64,000 bases of DNA from Clostridiales bacterium. Lineage in GTDB: Bacteria > Bacillota > Clostridia > Christensenellales > CAG-138. Location: assembly GCA_019416935.1 (NCBI GenBank), contig DXWI01000013.1, positions 2,351-66,350 on the forward strand. The letters are read 5' to 3'. The notes beneath the pieces are model-generated. The model was not told the origin of the DNA and did no database searches. It worked only from the letters and a program-made list of their open reading frames with translations. Shown one piece after another: positions 1 to 9,136 of this stretch (the first letter of the stretch is position 1; each line of letters begins with the position of its first letter). Made by a program: the position numbers and the translations under genes.

Positions 1-491
1 CTCCATTCCCTGGCACAGGTCACCGCCAAATCCTCTCCATCCCGCCGGGGAGAAAGCGTCCGCACATTTTGGCGCACGGCGCGCCATGTCATCCGGATTT
101 TGAGTGGAAAAGCCAGCGCAAGAACGGCCTGTATCCGATCCGGATTGCTCGCTGCGCTCAAAGCCCCGAGCAGGCCGCCCATCGAGTGTCCCACGAGCAC
201 AATGCGATCATAATCCGCCCGCAGCGCATCGATCCGCGTCTCGAGTTCCCGCAGCCATTGTCGATCGTCCGATGCGAAAAACGTGGCAGCATCGGCCTCG
301 TGGCCGGGCAGCGTCACGGTGAACGCTTCATAGCCGCAGCGCGCCGCAACCGGCAGCAGCCACGCAAACTGTCTGGGGCTGCCCATAAACCCGTGGCAGA
401 ACAGGACAGCACGCTGAAGCGGAGAAACCGCTTCGGCGTGCTGCAATGCGCCGGACAGTATATCGTTTTTTTCCTTTTGATCCTGCGTCAT
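1..491 (-). CDS. alpha/beta hydrolase (esterase/lipase-like), 3' end beyond window edge
   Basis: Own minus-strand translation from the ATG at 491-489: MTQDQKEKNDILSGALQHAEAVSPLQRAVLFCHGFMGSPRQF...DRIVLVGHSMGGLLG. It has an HG oxyanion motif and a GHSMGG nucleophile elbow. It is absent from the ORF track because it runs off the window. Its ATG overlaps the TGA of the upstream gene. Confidence 0.75.
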   Translation of the reverse strand, partial: MTQDQKEKNDILSGALQHAEAVSPLQRAVLFCHGFMGSPRQFAWLLPVAARCGYEAFTVTLPGHEADAATFFASDDRQWLRELETRIDALRADYDRIVLVGHSMGGLLGALSAASNPDRIQAVLALAFPLKIRMTWRAVRQNVRTLSPRRDGEDLAVTCAREW

Positions 492-1516
492 AGCTTCTGG
501 AGCTTCATATCGCCCGGGCGTACCCAGCCGATATGGCGGAACAGCGCGTCAAACAGCAGCGTGATCGCTGCCGGCAGCACAAAATGGAACACGACGATCA
601 GCAGCAGGATCATCCAACCGGAATGCGTACCGCCCATAGCGTCAAACGCCTGCAGCTGGCCCACAAGGCCCGCCGTACCCATGCCCGCGCCATAGGAGGT
701 GTTGGTCATGCCGAGCACAGCCGTTGAAATCGGGCCGAGCACGGCGGATGCGAGCGTCGGTGCGAGCCAAATCTGCGGCCGGCGCATGATGTTCGGAAAT
801 TGCAGCATCGAGGTGCCGACGCCCTGAGACAGCAGCCCCCCAAGACCGTTGTCCCGGTAGGAAGCAACCGCAAAGCCGACCATCTGGCAGCAGCAGCCGA
901 TGCACGCTGCGCCCGCGGCAATGCCGTCGATGCCGATGGACATGCAGATGGCAGCCGAGGAAATCGGCGCTGTCAGGGCGAGCCCCACGACCACGGACAC
1001 CACGACGCCCATCGGTATGGGCTGCAGCTCGGTCGCGGTGTTGACGAATGCGCCGAGCGCCGTCATAAAGCGGTTCACACCGGGGCCGACAAAAATACCG
1101 ATCAGCCCGCCCGCAGCGATCGCGGCAAACGGCGTCAAAACGATATCGACCGGCGTTTTTCCGGAAACCAATTCCCCGATCTCCGCACCGACCACCGCGC
1201 TGATATACGCGCCGATCGGCCCGCCGAGCGCATAGCCGATCGTGCCGGTTGCGGCAGAGGAGAACAGCACCAGGGGCTTCACCTTCATGCCCCAGGCAAC
1301 GCCTACGCCGATGGCTGCACCGGTCGCGGCGCTGATGTTCGGCAGCGCGCTGATGATCGTCTCCGCCCCTGCAAGGAACGGCAGTTTGAACAGCTGGCCG
1401 ATGATCGTACCGATAATGAGCGATGCGAACAGGCCGAGCGCCATGCCGCCCATGGCGTCGATAAAATACCGCTTGAACAGCCGCTTTACCACCGCAGAGA
1501 ATCCATTTCTACCCAT
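488..1516 (-). CDS. stand-alone PTS EIIC_2-family membrane protein
   Basis: ORF 488..1630, trimmed to MGRNGFSAVVKRLFKRYFIDAMGG, which follows the RBS GGAGAAAGG. It is polytopic and Gly/Ala-rich and resembles the PTS_EIIC_2 family from memory. Confidence 0.7.
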   Translation of the reverse strand: MGRNGFSAVVKRLFKRYFIDAMGGMALGLFASLIIGTIIGQLFKLPFLAGAETIISALPNISAATGAAIGVGVAWGMKVKPLVLFSSAATGTIGYALGGPIGAYISAVVGAEIGELVSGKTPVDIVLTPFAAIAAGGLIGIFVGPGVNRFMTALGAFVNTATELQPIPMGVVVSVVVGLALTAPISSAAICMSIGIDGIAAGAACIGCCCQMVGFAVASYRDNGLGGLLSQGVGTSMLQFPNIMRRPQIWLAPTLASAVLGPISTAVLGMTNTSYGAGMGTAGLVGQLQAFDAMGGTHSGWMILLLIVVFHFVLPAAITLLFDALFRHIGWVRPGDMKLQKL

Positions 1517-1658
1517 TTTCCATTCCTTTCTCCCGCCGCCGCCCGGCAGCGAATCACCAGCTTCCCAGTTTTGGGGTGCTTGCATACATACCGTTTCCAC
1601 CCATCGCGTCCGCGCTTGTGCGGCGCGCAAGCGTGCGCGCGCAGCCGGCCAACGGTTC

Positions 1659-2201
1659 TCACTTTTGGCGGAAACGAAGCTCCACGCCGCTCTTCGCCGC
1701 CATTTGCCGAAAGATCAGCGCGGCATGTGCCGCACGATCGGCAACCGGCTTTTGCATAAGCGACTCGTCCCCGTTCAAGAGCGAAACGGCCTCCCGCAGC
1801 TCCGAAATGGGGAGCAGAGACACACCTGCGACAAAAAAACGCTTGCGTCTACCGTCGTTGTATCCATCCAGCAGCGCTTTCAAAACCACCATCCGCTCAT
1901 TGAGTTCGAGCATATACGCATCGAGGTCGCTGCTCGCCCGCTCCGCATCCTTAGCCCGATTGCGGCGAATGACGAAGGAATCGCCGGTATCCCATGCCGC
2001 ATATTCTGCACATGGGTACTGTGCACACTGCCAGCAATACGCAACGTGACCGTGCTCCATGGCGCAGCGCGCGATTCGGCACGACTGGTTCCCCGGCCCG
2101 CCGCCGCAGCCGGGGCAATACCCGCCGAGCTGCATTTGGCACAGCCCGCAGTTGAGGCCGCAAAGCGACAGCAGCAGGTTCTCCCGCACACCCCCCTTCA
2201 T
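1659..2201 (-). CDS. DUF3795-like Cys-rich protein
   Basis: ORF 1659..2426, trimmed to MKGGVRENLLLSLCGLNCGLCQMQLGGYCPGCGGG. It has CxxC clusters typical of DUF3795. The start is uncertain; an alternative lies at 2321. Confidence 0.6.
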   Translation of the reverse strand: MKGGVRENLLLSLCGLNCGLCQMQLGGYCPGCGGGPGNQSCRIARCAMEHGHVAYCWQCAQYPCAEYAAWDTGDSFVIRRNRAKDAERASSDLDAYMLELNERMVVLKALLDGYNDGRRKRFFVAGVSLLPISELREAVSLLNGDESLMQKPVADRAAHAALIFRQMAAKSGVELRFRQK

Positions 2202-2328
2202 GAATGCGATTGATGCCTTTCCAAAGCGTTTCCGCTTTATTATAAGGAAAATGCTGCCGAAACACAAGCGCTTCAAGATCGGCTGCACGGAATGTTTTCG
2301 AAATTGCGGTCCATAAGGCATCGTGCCG

Positions 2329-2358
2329 TTGCATGAGCGGGCGACGATATGGTATGAT
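2329..2358 (+). promoter_or_regulatory. putative sigma-A promoter of dnaX (TTGCAT-18-TATGAT)
   Basis: TTGCAT at 2329-2334 and TATGAT at 2353-2358, about 29 nt upstream of the dnaX ATG. Confidence 0.35.
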
Positions 2359-2386
2359 AGATTGAAAAGTTTTGGGAGGCCAAGCA

Positions 2387-4030
2387 ATGGCATACCGTGC
2401 ACTCTATCGAAAATACCGGCCCACAAAATTCTCTGAGGTTGTCGGTCAGGACCATATTACCACCACGCTGCAAAACCAGATTGCAACGGGGCATGTTGCC
2501 CACGCCTATCTGTTCTGCGGCACGCGCGGCACCGGCAAAACCAGTACCGCGAAGATCTTTGCCCGCGCCGTCAACTGCCTCTCCCCCGAGGGCGGCGAGC
2601 CCTGCGGTCATTGCCATGCCTGCGAGGTCGCGCTGGACGCCGGCAACCCCGATATTACCGAAATCGATGCCGCAAGCAACAACGGCGTCGATGATATCCG
2701 TGCGCTCATCGAAAAAGCGCACTATGCGCCTCTGCAGCTGCAAACGCGCGTGTTCATCATCGACGAGGTGCATATGCTGTCCACCTCGGCGTTTAACGCG
2801 CTGCTCAAGACGCTCGAAGAACCGCCCGCGCACATCCTGTTCATTCTGGCTACGACGGAGCCACAAAAGCTCCCAGCGACCATCATTTCCCGCTGCCAGC
2901 GGTACGACTTTCACCGGCTTTCCATCCAGGACATCGTGCGCAATCTCAAAAGCGTGCTCCAGCGCGCCGGCGCATCCATCGATGAGGAGGGTCTGCTTCT
3001 GATTGCGCGCTCCGCCGACGGTGGTATGCGCGACGCGCTGTCCCTCGCGGACCAGTGCCTCGCCTTCTGCGGGGATCATGTTTCGGCAAAGGACGCATAT
3101 GACGTACTCGGCAGCATGGAACAGAGCTTCCTGTTCGACATGGCCGGAGCGCTCCTCGCCTCCGATGCGGCCAAGTCGCTGCACATGCTCGACGGCATCG
3201 TCCGCGGCGGGCGCGACCTCACGGTGTTCTGTCAGGATCTGTCCGCACACATGCGCGCGCTGCTGCTCGCAAAGACCTGCGGCCGCTGCGAGGATCTGCT
3301 GGACTGCACGAGCGACGCCATGGACCGCTATCTCGACCAGGCGGAGGGATGTTCGCACGCGCGGTTGCTGCTGTCGCTGCAAACGCTGCTCGGCGTACAG
3401 GGAGAGATGCGCTATCTGCCCTCGCCGCGCATGGCGCTCGAAAGCGCTCTCGTGAGCATTTGCAGGCCGGAGGACAACAGTTCGCTCCTCGCTCTGGAGG
3501 CCCGTCTCGACCGGTTGGAACAGCATGGCCTTCCGGCAAGCGCCGCGCCAAGGCCCAGCGAGCCGTCCGTACAGACCGCCGCTTCCGCTGCGGCGCCCGC
3601 CGTGCCGACCGTTCCGACGCCTTCGGCGCCGGCATCCAGCGCTGTACAGGAGCCGGCGAGCCCAGCGCAGGCTGCCGAGCCGTCGCCCGCGCCAACGGGC
3701 CGGAGCGATATGCGATGGAGTGCAGAATCGCTGTGGAGCGCAGCGCTTGATGAGCTCAAAAAACAGAACATCCTCATACACGCTATGGCAACCCCGGGCG
3801 TTGCCCAAAACCTGACGGACGATATGCTGACCGTGATCTTCCCCGAAACGCGCGTCACGCAGTACAACAGCATGTGCGCCCCGGTCAATCACAACAAATT
3901 GCAGGCGATCGTTTCGGCTTTGCGCGCCGGCACCGGCATCACGTTTATCAAGGGACAGGTTGCGCCCGTCTCACCGGAAACGGAGGCGCGGGCGAGAGAA
4001 ATTTTTGGCGACAAGCTCATCATTGAGTAA
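2387..4030 (+). CDS. dnaX: DNA polymerase III subunit gamma/tau
   Basis: MAYRALYRKYRPTKFSEVVGQDHI...FCGTRGTGKTSTAKIFA (Walker A), Zn module CGHCHAC, RBS GGGAGG. It sits in the conserved dnaX-ybaB-recR order. Confidence 0.95.
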   Translation: MAYRALYRKYRPTKFSEVVGQDHITTTLQNQIATGHVAHAYLFCGTRGTGKTSTAKIFARAVNCLSPEGGEPCGHCHACEVALDAGNPDITEIDAASNNGVDDIRALIEKAHYAPLQLQTRVFIIDEVHMLSTSAFNALLKTLEEPPAHILFILATTEPQKLPATIISRCQRYDFHRLSIQDIVRNLKSVLQRAGASIDEEGLLLIARSADGGMRDALSLADQCLAFCGDHVSAKDAYDVLGSMEQSFLFDMAGALLASDAAKSLHMLDGIVRGGRDLTVFCQDLSAHMRALLLAKTCGRCEDLLDCTSDAMDRYLDQAEGCSHARLLLSLQTLLGVQGEMRYLPSPRMALESALVSICRPEDNSSLLALEARLDRLEQHGLPASAAPRPSEPSVQTAASAAAPAVPTVPTPSAPASSAVQEPASPAQAAEPSPAPTGRSDMRWSAESLWSAALDELKKQNILIHAMATPGVAQNLTDDMLTVIFPETRVTQYNSMCAPVNHNKLQAIVSALRAGTGITFIKGQVAPVSPETEARAREIFGDKLIIE

Positions 4031-4073
4031 ACGATGAAGGGCAAATAACAGATTCGATTTGGAGGTTTGAACG

Positions 4074-4409
4074 ATGGCAAAAGGCGGATTCCCCGGAATG
4101 GGCGGCGCAAACATGCAGCAGTTGATGCGGCAGGCACAGAAGATGCAGCAGGATATGCTGCGTAAGCAGGAGGAGCTGCAATCGCGTGAGTTTACGTCCA
4201 CATCGGGCGGCGGCATGGTCACCGCAACCGTAACGGGCGCGAAGGAGCTCACGAATCTCACGATTTCCCCCGACTGCGTGGATCCCGACGATGTGGAAAT
4301 GCTGCAGGATCTGGTGCTGGCTGCGGTCAACGGTGCGCTGCACGAAGCGCTTGAAACGACCGAGCGCGAGATGGGCAAGCTGACCGGAGGAATGAACCTC
4401 GGTCTATGA
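4074..4409 (+). CDS. ybaB: YbaB/EbfC nucleoid-associated DNA-binding protein
   Basis: 111 aa: [28 protein letters not shown]...; RBS GGAGG at 4061. It lies between dnaX and recR. Confidence 0.95.
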   Translation: MAKGGFPGMGGANMQQLMRQAQKMQQDMLRKQEELQSREFTSTSGGGMVTATVTGAKELTNLTISPDCVDPDDVEMLQDLVLAAVNGALHEALETTEREMGKLTGGMNLGL

Positions 4410-5005
4410 TCACCATTGAACCCATCAACAAGCTCACAACCCAGCTCTCCCGTCTGCCCGGCATCGGCCAAAAGACGGCGCAGCGCCTTGCGTATCATAT
4501 TCTCGGCATTCCCGAGTCTCAGGCCACGGAACTGGCGGAGGCCATTTTGGATGCGCGCCGCAGCGTACACAACTGTCCGATCTGCGGCACCTATACGGAT
4601 GTGGAGCCATGCGCCATTTGCAGCGATGCGCAACGCGACGGCAGCACGCTCTGCGTAGTCTGCGAGGCGCGCGATGTGACGGCAATGGAAAAAACCCGCG
4701 AATACCACGGCAAATACCATGTGCTCCACGGCGTGCTCTCGCCGATGGACGGCGTCGGCCCGAACGATATCCGCATCAACGAGCTGCTTACGCGCGTCAA
4801 GGACGGCAGCGTGCGCGAGGTGATCCTCGCGACCAATCCGGACGTGGAGGGTGAGGCAACCGCCTCCTATATCGCACGCCTGCTCAAGCCCATGGGGATC
4901 ACCTGCACGCGCATTGCTCACGGCATTCCCATCGGCGGGAACCTGGAATATACCGACGAGGTAACGCTTGCCAAGGCGCTGGAAGGCCGCCGCAGCATGC
5001 TGTAA
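4406..5005 (+). CDS. recR: recombination protein RecR
   Basis: [20 protein letters not shown] helix-hairpin-helix, C4 zinc finger CPICG...CAIC, and a Toprim region. ATGA overlap with ybaB. Confidence 0.95.
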   Translation: MITIEPINKLTTQLSRLPGIGQKTAQRLAYHILGIPESQATELAEAILDARRSVHNCPICGTYTDVEPCAICSDAQRDGSTLCVVCEARDVTAMEKTREYHGKYHVLHGVLSPMDGVGPNDIRINELLTRVKDGSVREVILATNPDVEGEATASYIARLLKPMGITCTRIAHGIPIGGNLEYTDEVTLAKALEGRRSML

Positions 5006-5015
5006 GGAGCTCACC

Positions 5016-5429
5016 ATGAAGATCGTTGTCATCGACGGACAGGGCGGCAAGATGGGCAGCGCGCTCATCGAACGCATCAAATCCGCGCTGCCGGAACACA
5101 CCTGCATCGCCGTGGGTACCAACAGCATCGCCACCGCCGCCATGCTGCGCGCGGGCGCGGACGCGGGCGCCACCGGCGAAAACCCGGTCATTGTGAACGT
5201 TCGTGACGCGGACGTGGTCGCGGGGCCCATCGGTATTCTCGCGGCCAACGCGCTGTATGGCGAGATCTCCCCCGCCATGGCCTGCGCCGTTGCCGAGTGT
5301 CCGGCGGTCAAGCTGCTTTTGCCCGTGAACCGCTGCAACAACATCGTGATCGGCGTTCGGGAACAGCCGCTGTCGGAATACCTGAAGGAAGCGGTGCAGC
5401 GCATCGCCGCCCTCTCGCAAGCAGAATAA
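5016..5429 (+). CDS. DUF3842-like protein
   Basis: ORF 4968..5429, trimmed to MKIVVIDGQGGKMGSALIERIK after the RBS AAGGAG. It resembles the DUF3842 proteins that commonly follow recR in Clostridia. Confidence 0.65.
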   Translation: MKIVVIDGQGGKMGSALIERIKSALPEHTCIAVGTNSIATAAMLRAGADAGATGENPVIVNVRDADVVAGPIGILAANALYGEISPAMACAVAECPAVKLLLPVNRCNNIVIGVREQPLSEYLKEAVQRIAALSQAE

Positions 5430-5433
5430 ACGG

Positions 5434-5502
5434 ATGCGCGGGAATCCCCGCGCGCATTGCTTTGGACAGACTGCCATCCGTTATGCGGATGGCAGTCTGT
5501 CC
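5434..5502. terminator. two tandem hairpins between convergent genes (bidirectional terminator region)
   Basis: 5434-5457 (GCGCGGG/CCCGCGC core) and 5464-5502, a perfect 17-bp stem GGACAGACTGCCATCCG/CGGATGGCAGTCTGTCC with loop TTATG. Confidence 0.5.
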
Positions 5503-5539
5503 ATCACAGGGCTTTGTTCAGCCACGAACCGAGCGGCCA

Positions 5540-6478
5540 TCAATCGAGCAATGCGTCGCAGGGGTCCAAATAGGGTTCCAGATGGCCGGAACGGATACAT
5601 TCGTCATGCGTCATCGCATAAAATGCCAAGTCCCCCCTGTCCCACGTCGGGTCGGCGTATGCCCATGCGCCGTTCAGCCACAGCCGGTTCCACTCGTGTT
5701 CGCCGTCGGCAATGCCGTCCGAATCCAGGTCCACGCTGCCGCCGACCAGATAGCAGGGAATGCCCGCCTGTGTGAGCAACAGTTGATACAGCTCCGCATA
5801 TGTTTGACAATATGCGCTTCCCGTTGTCACCGCGTCGTAAACCGTCAGACGCATGTCGAGCACATACCGTAAATTTTCGACCACCCACAAAAACAGCGCT
5901 TCGGCCCATTCCTCCGGAGACGCGCCCGCACGGCATTGTGACAAGGCTTCATTGATGCGTTCCGAAAACGCGCCGATCAAGGCAAGATGCGTCTCCCGCC
6001 CATACACATAGCGAATCGTGAGGCAGCCCGTATCGTCTACATATTCAAACGGGCCCTCCCCCTCAAAGAACTTCGCATCATACAACAGCATTTTTGGCGC
6101 ATACAGCGCGTGAATCGTGCGCTCTACGCGCGCAAAATCTGTCCTGCCAGACAACTGCACGCTCGTTTCCCCCGTCTCGATGGCCGCAATCACCGCATAA
6201 TAATCGCAAAGCGCATCGCCAAGGAACGCCTTCGCATGCTCCGGCAGGCGAAGCGGATCATAGACCGGCCGCTCGCGCAACACGGGTCCCGCCGTAACGT
6301 CGGTTTGAACATCGGGCGCGGGTTCCGGCGTCATGACGGTTTCCAACTCCACCACGCGCTGTGGGGCGGCTGTCGTCGGCGTCGGGGGCCGACTCTGCGC
6401 AGGAACGGCACAGCCGCACGCAGCCGGCAGCAAAACCGCGAGCAGCGCGCACAAGGGGCGCAGCTTTTGCTTTCTCAT
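5540..6478 (-). CDS. transglutaminase-like lipoprotein
   Basis: Trimmed to MRKQKLRPLCALLAVLLPAACGC (lipobox). It has a Cys-His-Asp core (GSAYCQTYAELY..., GEHEWNRLWLNGAWAYADPTWD). Its ATG overlaps the mutY TGA. Confidence 0.8.
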   Translation of the reverse strand: MRKQKLRPLCALLAVLLPAACGCAVPAQSRPPTPTTAAPQRVVELETVMTPEPAPDVQTDVTAGPVLRERPVYDPLRLPEHAKAFLGDALCDYYAVIAAIETGETSVQLSGRTDFARVERTIHALYAPKMLLYDAKFFEGEGPFEYVDDTGCLTIRYVYGRETHLALIGAFSERINEALSQCRAGASPEEWAEALFLWVVENLRYVLDMRLTVYDAVTTGSAYCQTYAELYQLLLTQAGIPCYLVGGSVDLDSDGIADGEHEWNRLWLNGAWAYADPTWDRGDLAFYAMTHDECIRSGHLEPYLDPCDALLD

Positions 6479-7488
6479 GACAGGCATACCCGATAGGCCG
6501 TCGGCAACGCGTGTACCGCCTCGTCCATCCATGTCCATCCCGCCGGCAGAACCGGCAAATCCACCTCCACCGCACAGACGTGCATCCGCCATTCGACATG
6601 GGTAAAGATATGCCGCTGCTCATACAGCCGCCACTCGCCGAGCGGCCGCGCACCCCACGCATCCAACTGCCGCGCCATCGCATCGGTGTCCAGTACGCCC
6701 GCCGCATCCGGGAGCTGCCAGAGCGAGGCCAACAGGCCCGTAGCCGGCCGTTGGTACCCGGCGATCGCATGGCCGGATCGCAGCACAAACACCGTTTTCT
6801 CCTCAATGCGCCGCGCCTTTTTCCCGCGCTTGACCGGCAGTGCGGCGGCGGTTCCCGACGCGTGCGCAAGGCAATGCTCCCGGATGGGGCAGGCCGCGCA
6901 ATGCGGAAGTCCGTTTGGCGCACAGACCGTTGCGCCAAGCTCCATCAACGCCTGATTGAATGCGCCCGGCTCGTCCTTTGGCATGGAAGAAAGCAGCGTT
7001 TCGCGCACCCGCCGTTTGACAGCGGCGTCCAGAATATCGGAAGGGTCGTTCCTGAGGCGCGCCATCACGCGCAGTACATTCCCATCCACCGCGGGCACGG
7101 CAATGCCGTAGGCAATCGAGGCAATCGCTCCGGCGGTGTACTCGCCGACGCCGGGCAGCGACAGCAGTGCATCGTAATCCTCCGGCAATCGGCCGTCAAA
7201 CACAGCGACGACCCGTTGGGCGGCGAGATGCAGATTTCGCGCACGGCTGTAATATCCGAGCCCCTCCCACAGTTTCAGCAAGCGCTGTTCATCGACATCC
7301 GCAAGCGCATGCACATCCGGCAGAGCGTCCAAAAAGCGCGTGTAATAGCCGCGCACGGCCTCCACGCGCGTCTGCTGCAGCATGATTTCGCTGACCCATA
7401 TGCGATAGGCGTCCTTCGTTTGCCGCCACGGCAGCGCACGCGCGTTGTCGCGATACCACGCCAGCAGCCGTTCCATCCAAGTTTCCAT
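6475..7488 (-). CDS. mutY: A/G-specific adenine DNA glycosylase
   Basis: METWMERLLAWYRDNARALPWRQTKDAYRIWVSEIMLQQTRV, HhH-GPD region, and a Cys cluster CAPNGLPHCAACPIREHC. The start at 7488 fits a leaderless promoter. Confidence 0.9.
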   Translation of the reverse strand: METWMERLLAWYRDNARALPWRQTKDAYRIWVSEIMLQQTRVEAVRGYYTRFLDALPDVHALADVDEQRLLKLWEGLGYYSRARNLHLAAQRVVAVFDGRLPEDYDALLSLPGVGEYTAGAIASIAYGIAVPAVDGNVLRVMARLRNDPSDILDAAVKRRVRETLLSSMPKDEPGAFNQALMELGATVCAPNGLPHCAACPIREHCLAHASGTAAALPVKRGKKARRIEEKTVFVLRSGHAIAGYQRPATGLLASLWQLPDAAGVLDTDAMARQLDAWGARPLGEWRLYEQRHIFTHVEWRMHVCAVEVDLPVLPAGWTWMDEAVHALPTAYRVCLS

Positions 7489-7494
7489 GGAAAC

Positions 7495-7503
7495 AGTATA
7501 CCA
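7495..7503 (-). promoter_or_regulatory. extended -10 (TGGTATACT) 6 nt upstream of the mutY ATG; leaderless candidate
   Basis: The minus strand reads TGGTATACTgtttccATG. There is no Shine-Dalgarno sequence between the -10 and the ATG. Confidence 0.4.
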
Positions 7504-7518
7504 CAAACCGCAAATCCA

Positions 7519-7527
7519 TGGTATAAT
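7519..7527 (+). promoter_or_regulatory. extended -10 (TGGTATAAT) for the TIGR01440 gene
   Basis: TGGTATAAT at 7519-7527, back to back with the mutY -10. RBS AGGGAAG precedes the ATG at 7551. Confidence 0.45.
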
Positions 7528-7550
7528 GGATGCAATTTGCAGGGAAGAAG

Positions 7551-8129
7551 ATGACGAAAACCATGGATCTGACAAGCATTCGTAGACAGGCGGCCGAGGC
7601 CGCCCGTCTACTGATACAGGCGGCCGCGCCCAAGGGCGGCGAACTCTGCGTAATCGGCTGCTCAACCAGCGAAGTCGTGGGAGAACGCATTGGTTCCGCC
7701 TCCAACGCAGACGTTGCCAAGGCCATTATGGACGGCCTGCTTCCCGTGCTGCGCGAGGCCGAGGTATATGCCGCCGTGCAGGGCTGCGAGCACATCAACC
7801 GCTCGCTCTGCGTGGAGCGCGACTGCATGGAGCGGTATCACCTCGCTGAGGTATGGGTGGAGCCGTGGCTGCATGCCGGCGGTGCGTTCTGCACCGAAGC
7901 GGCGGAGCGTTTTACCGACCATGTGATGGTCGAAGATCTGCGCGGGCAGGCCACACTCGGCATCGACATCGGCGGCACGCTCATCGGAATGCATATGCGT
8001 CCGGTCGTCGTGCCGGTTCATGCCGCCCTTCGACAGATTGGGAGCGCGGTTTTGATCCTCGCAAAGTCACGTCCGCGTTACGTTGGCGGTCCTCGCGCAC
8101 ACTATCCGTCGCAGGCCGCGCCCCGCTGA
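7551..8129 (+). CDS. TIGR01440/UPF0340 family protein (YwlG-like)
   Basis: GELCVIGCSTSEVVGERIGSA...VQGCEHINRSL...GIDIGGTLIGMHM aligns by eye with B. subtilis YwlG. Confidence 0.85.
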   Translation: MTKTMDLTSIRRQAAEAARLLIQAAAPKGGELCVIGCSTSEVVGERIGSASNADVAKAIMDGLLPVLREAEVYAAVQGCEHINRSLCVERDCMERYHLAEVWVEPWLHAGGAFCTEAAERFTDHVMVEDLRGQATLGIDIGGTLIGMHMRPVVVPVHAALRQIGSAVLILAKSRPRYVGGPRAHYPSQAAPR

Positions 8130-8213
8130 GGCGCAAATGCCCGAAAACTGATTGCAAAATTATGAATTTTTTGCCGAATACACACTATTTTGGGCATTTA
8201 TTCATAATTATGT

Positions 8214-8243
8214 TTGCAATCTTCTGGCAACATGATCTATAAT
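8214..8243 (+). promoter_or_regulatory. putative strong sigma-A promoter (TTGCAA-18-TATAAT)
   Basis: TTGCAA at 8214-8219 and TATAAT at 8238-8243 in an AT-rich patch. The next start codon is about 260 nt downstream. Confidence 0.5.
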
Positions 8244-8249
8244 ATACAT

Positions 8250-8510
8250 GGTATCCGCGATTCGGGTCTGTGGTTGTAAATCGATGCCAGTCGCAGGCAA
8301 AACGATCCACGTAAGCGAACGAAATAGTCCGTGAGCATGGTGCGGCTTAGACGTTAGTCCAACCGGTGTGTTTCACATGCCGAGAGAGTCAGTAGTGGGG
8401 AGCGACATGCTTAGGAGCGAACCCTCCAGTTGGCGGGTGTGGGGTCAAAGACCAGGTCAGCCGAAAAACGGGTGCCAAAAAACCAATTTTTGAAGGGGAA
8501 AGAAAACAAC
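8250..8510 (+). promoter_or_regulatory. long ORF-free 5' leader / candidate structured RNA upstream of the zinc-ribbon gene
   Basis: About 260 nt between the predicted promoter and the ATG at 8511, with no credible ORF. It is GC-balanced with several complementary segments. I could not match it to any riboswitch or RNA family I know. Confidence 0.3.
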
Positions 8511-8786
8511 ATGTTCGAGGACAAGATTCTGGTTTGCAAGGATTGTGGCGCGCAGTTTACGTTCACCGCAGGTGAGCAGGAGTTCTACGCAGAGAAGGGT
8601 TTCCAGAATGAACCCGTTCGCTGCAAGGCTTGCCGTTCCAACCGCAAGACCCAGCGCACAGGCGGAGAGCGCGAAATGTACGATGCGATCTGCGCAGAGT
8701 GCGGTGCTCCCACCAAAATCCCGTTCGTTCCGCGCAACGACAGACCGATCTACTGCAGCAACTGCTTCCAGAACCACAAGCGCTAA
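8511..8786 (+). CDS. zinc-ribbon protein (CxxC-x17-CxxC repeats)
   Basis: MFEDKILVCKDCGAQFTFTAGEQEFYAEKGFQNEPVRCKACR...AICAECGAPTKIPFVPRNDRPIYCSNCF. RBS GAAGGGGAAAG. Confidence 0.85.
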   Translation: MFEDKILVCKDCGAQFTFTAGEQEFYAEKGFQNEPVRCKACRSNRKTQRTGGEREMYDAICAECGAPTKIPFVPRNDRPIYCSNCFQNHKR

Positions 8787-8854
8787 CACCTGTCTCTTGT
8801 CTTGGCCGGTCGTTTCGGCGGGCAATTCATGGAGAAACCCATCCTGATCACAGC

Positions 8855-8886
8855 ATACCGGCAGTCAATCGACTGCCGGTATTTTG
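8855..8886 (+). terminator. rho-independent terminator
   Basis: Perfect 12-bp stem ATACCGGCAGTC/GACTGCCGGTAT with loop AATC, followed by TTTTG. Confidence 0.8.
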
Positions 8887-9136
8887 ATATTTGCTTCTAT
8901 ATTCACTTTCTCATCTGCCGAACGGAAGCATGCGTTTTGCTTTGACGCAATCTGCCGCACGATCTCCTGTCGCGGAATGCTGCGCTGTCATTTTGCGAAT
9001 CGCAGCCTGCACTCCACCGCGAAAAGATTGAAAGGTACCGTGCGTGTCGGCATGGTTCACAACTTCCGGACTGCGCATCGACGCGCTCGGCGCAATCGCT
9101 TCGAGCCCTCCCCTTTGCTTCCGGTCTGCGCTGCCA

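Noticed and set aside
2202-2386. SRP (4.5S/scRNA) gene, which precedes dnaX in Bacillus
   Set aside because: The interval is only 185 nt and lacks the conserved helix-8 GGAA tetraloop and AGCA/GNAR motifs. The 8250-8510 leader was also checked and does not fit.
3752-3766. A-run (CTCAAAAAACAG) in dnaX as a possible programmed -1 frameshift site
   Set aside because: There are only six A residues and they are not in an X_XXY_YYZ register. There is no downstream stem-loop. The site lies near the C-terminus, where a truncated gamma subunit would not result.
2273-3892. 539-aa ORF antisense to dnaX
   Set aside because: It lies fully inside the well-supported dnaX gene on the opposite strand. Its Arg/Ala/Gly-rich low-complexity composition is typical of high-GC shadow ORFs. 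No RBS or family resemblance.
3971-5404. 477-aa ORF antisense to ybaB-recR-DUF3842
   Set aside because: It overlaps three co-directional genes with clear homology on the other strand. Shadow ORF composition.
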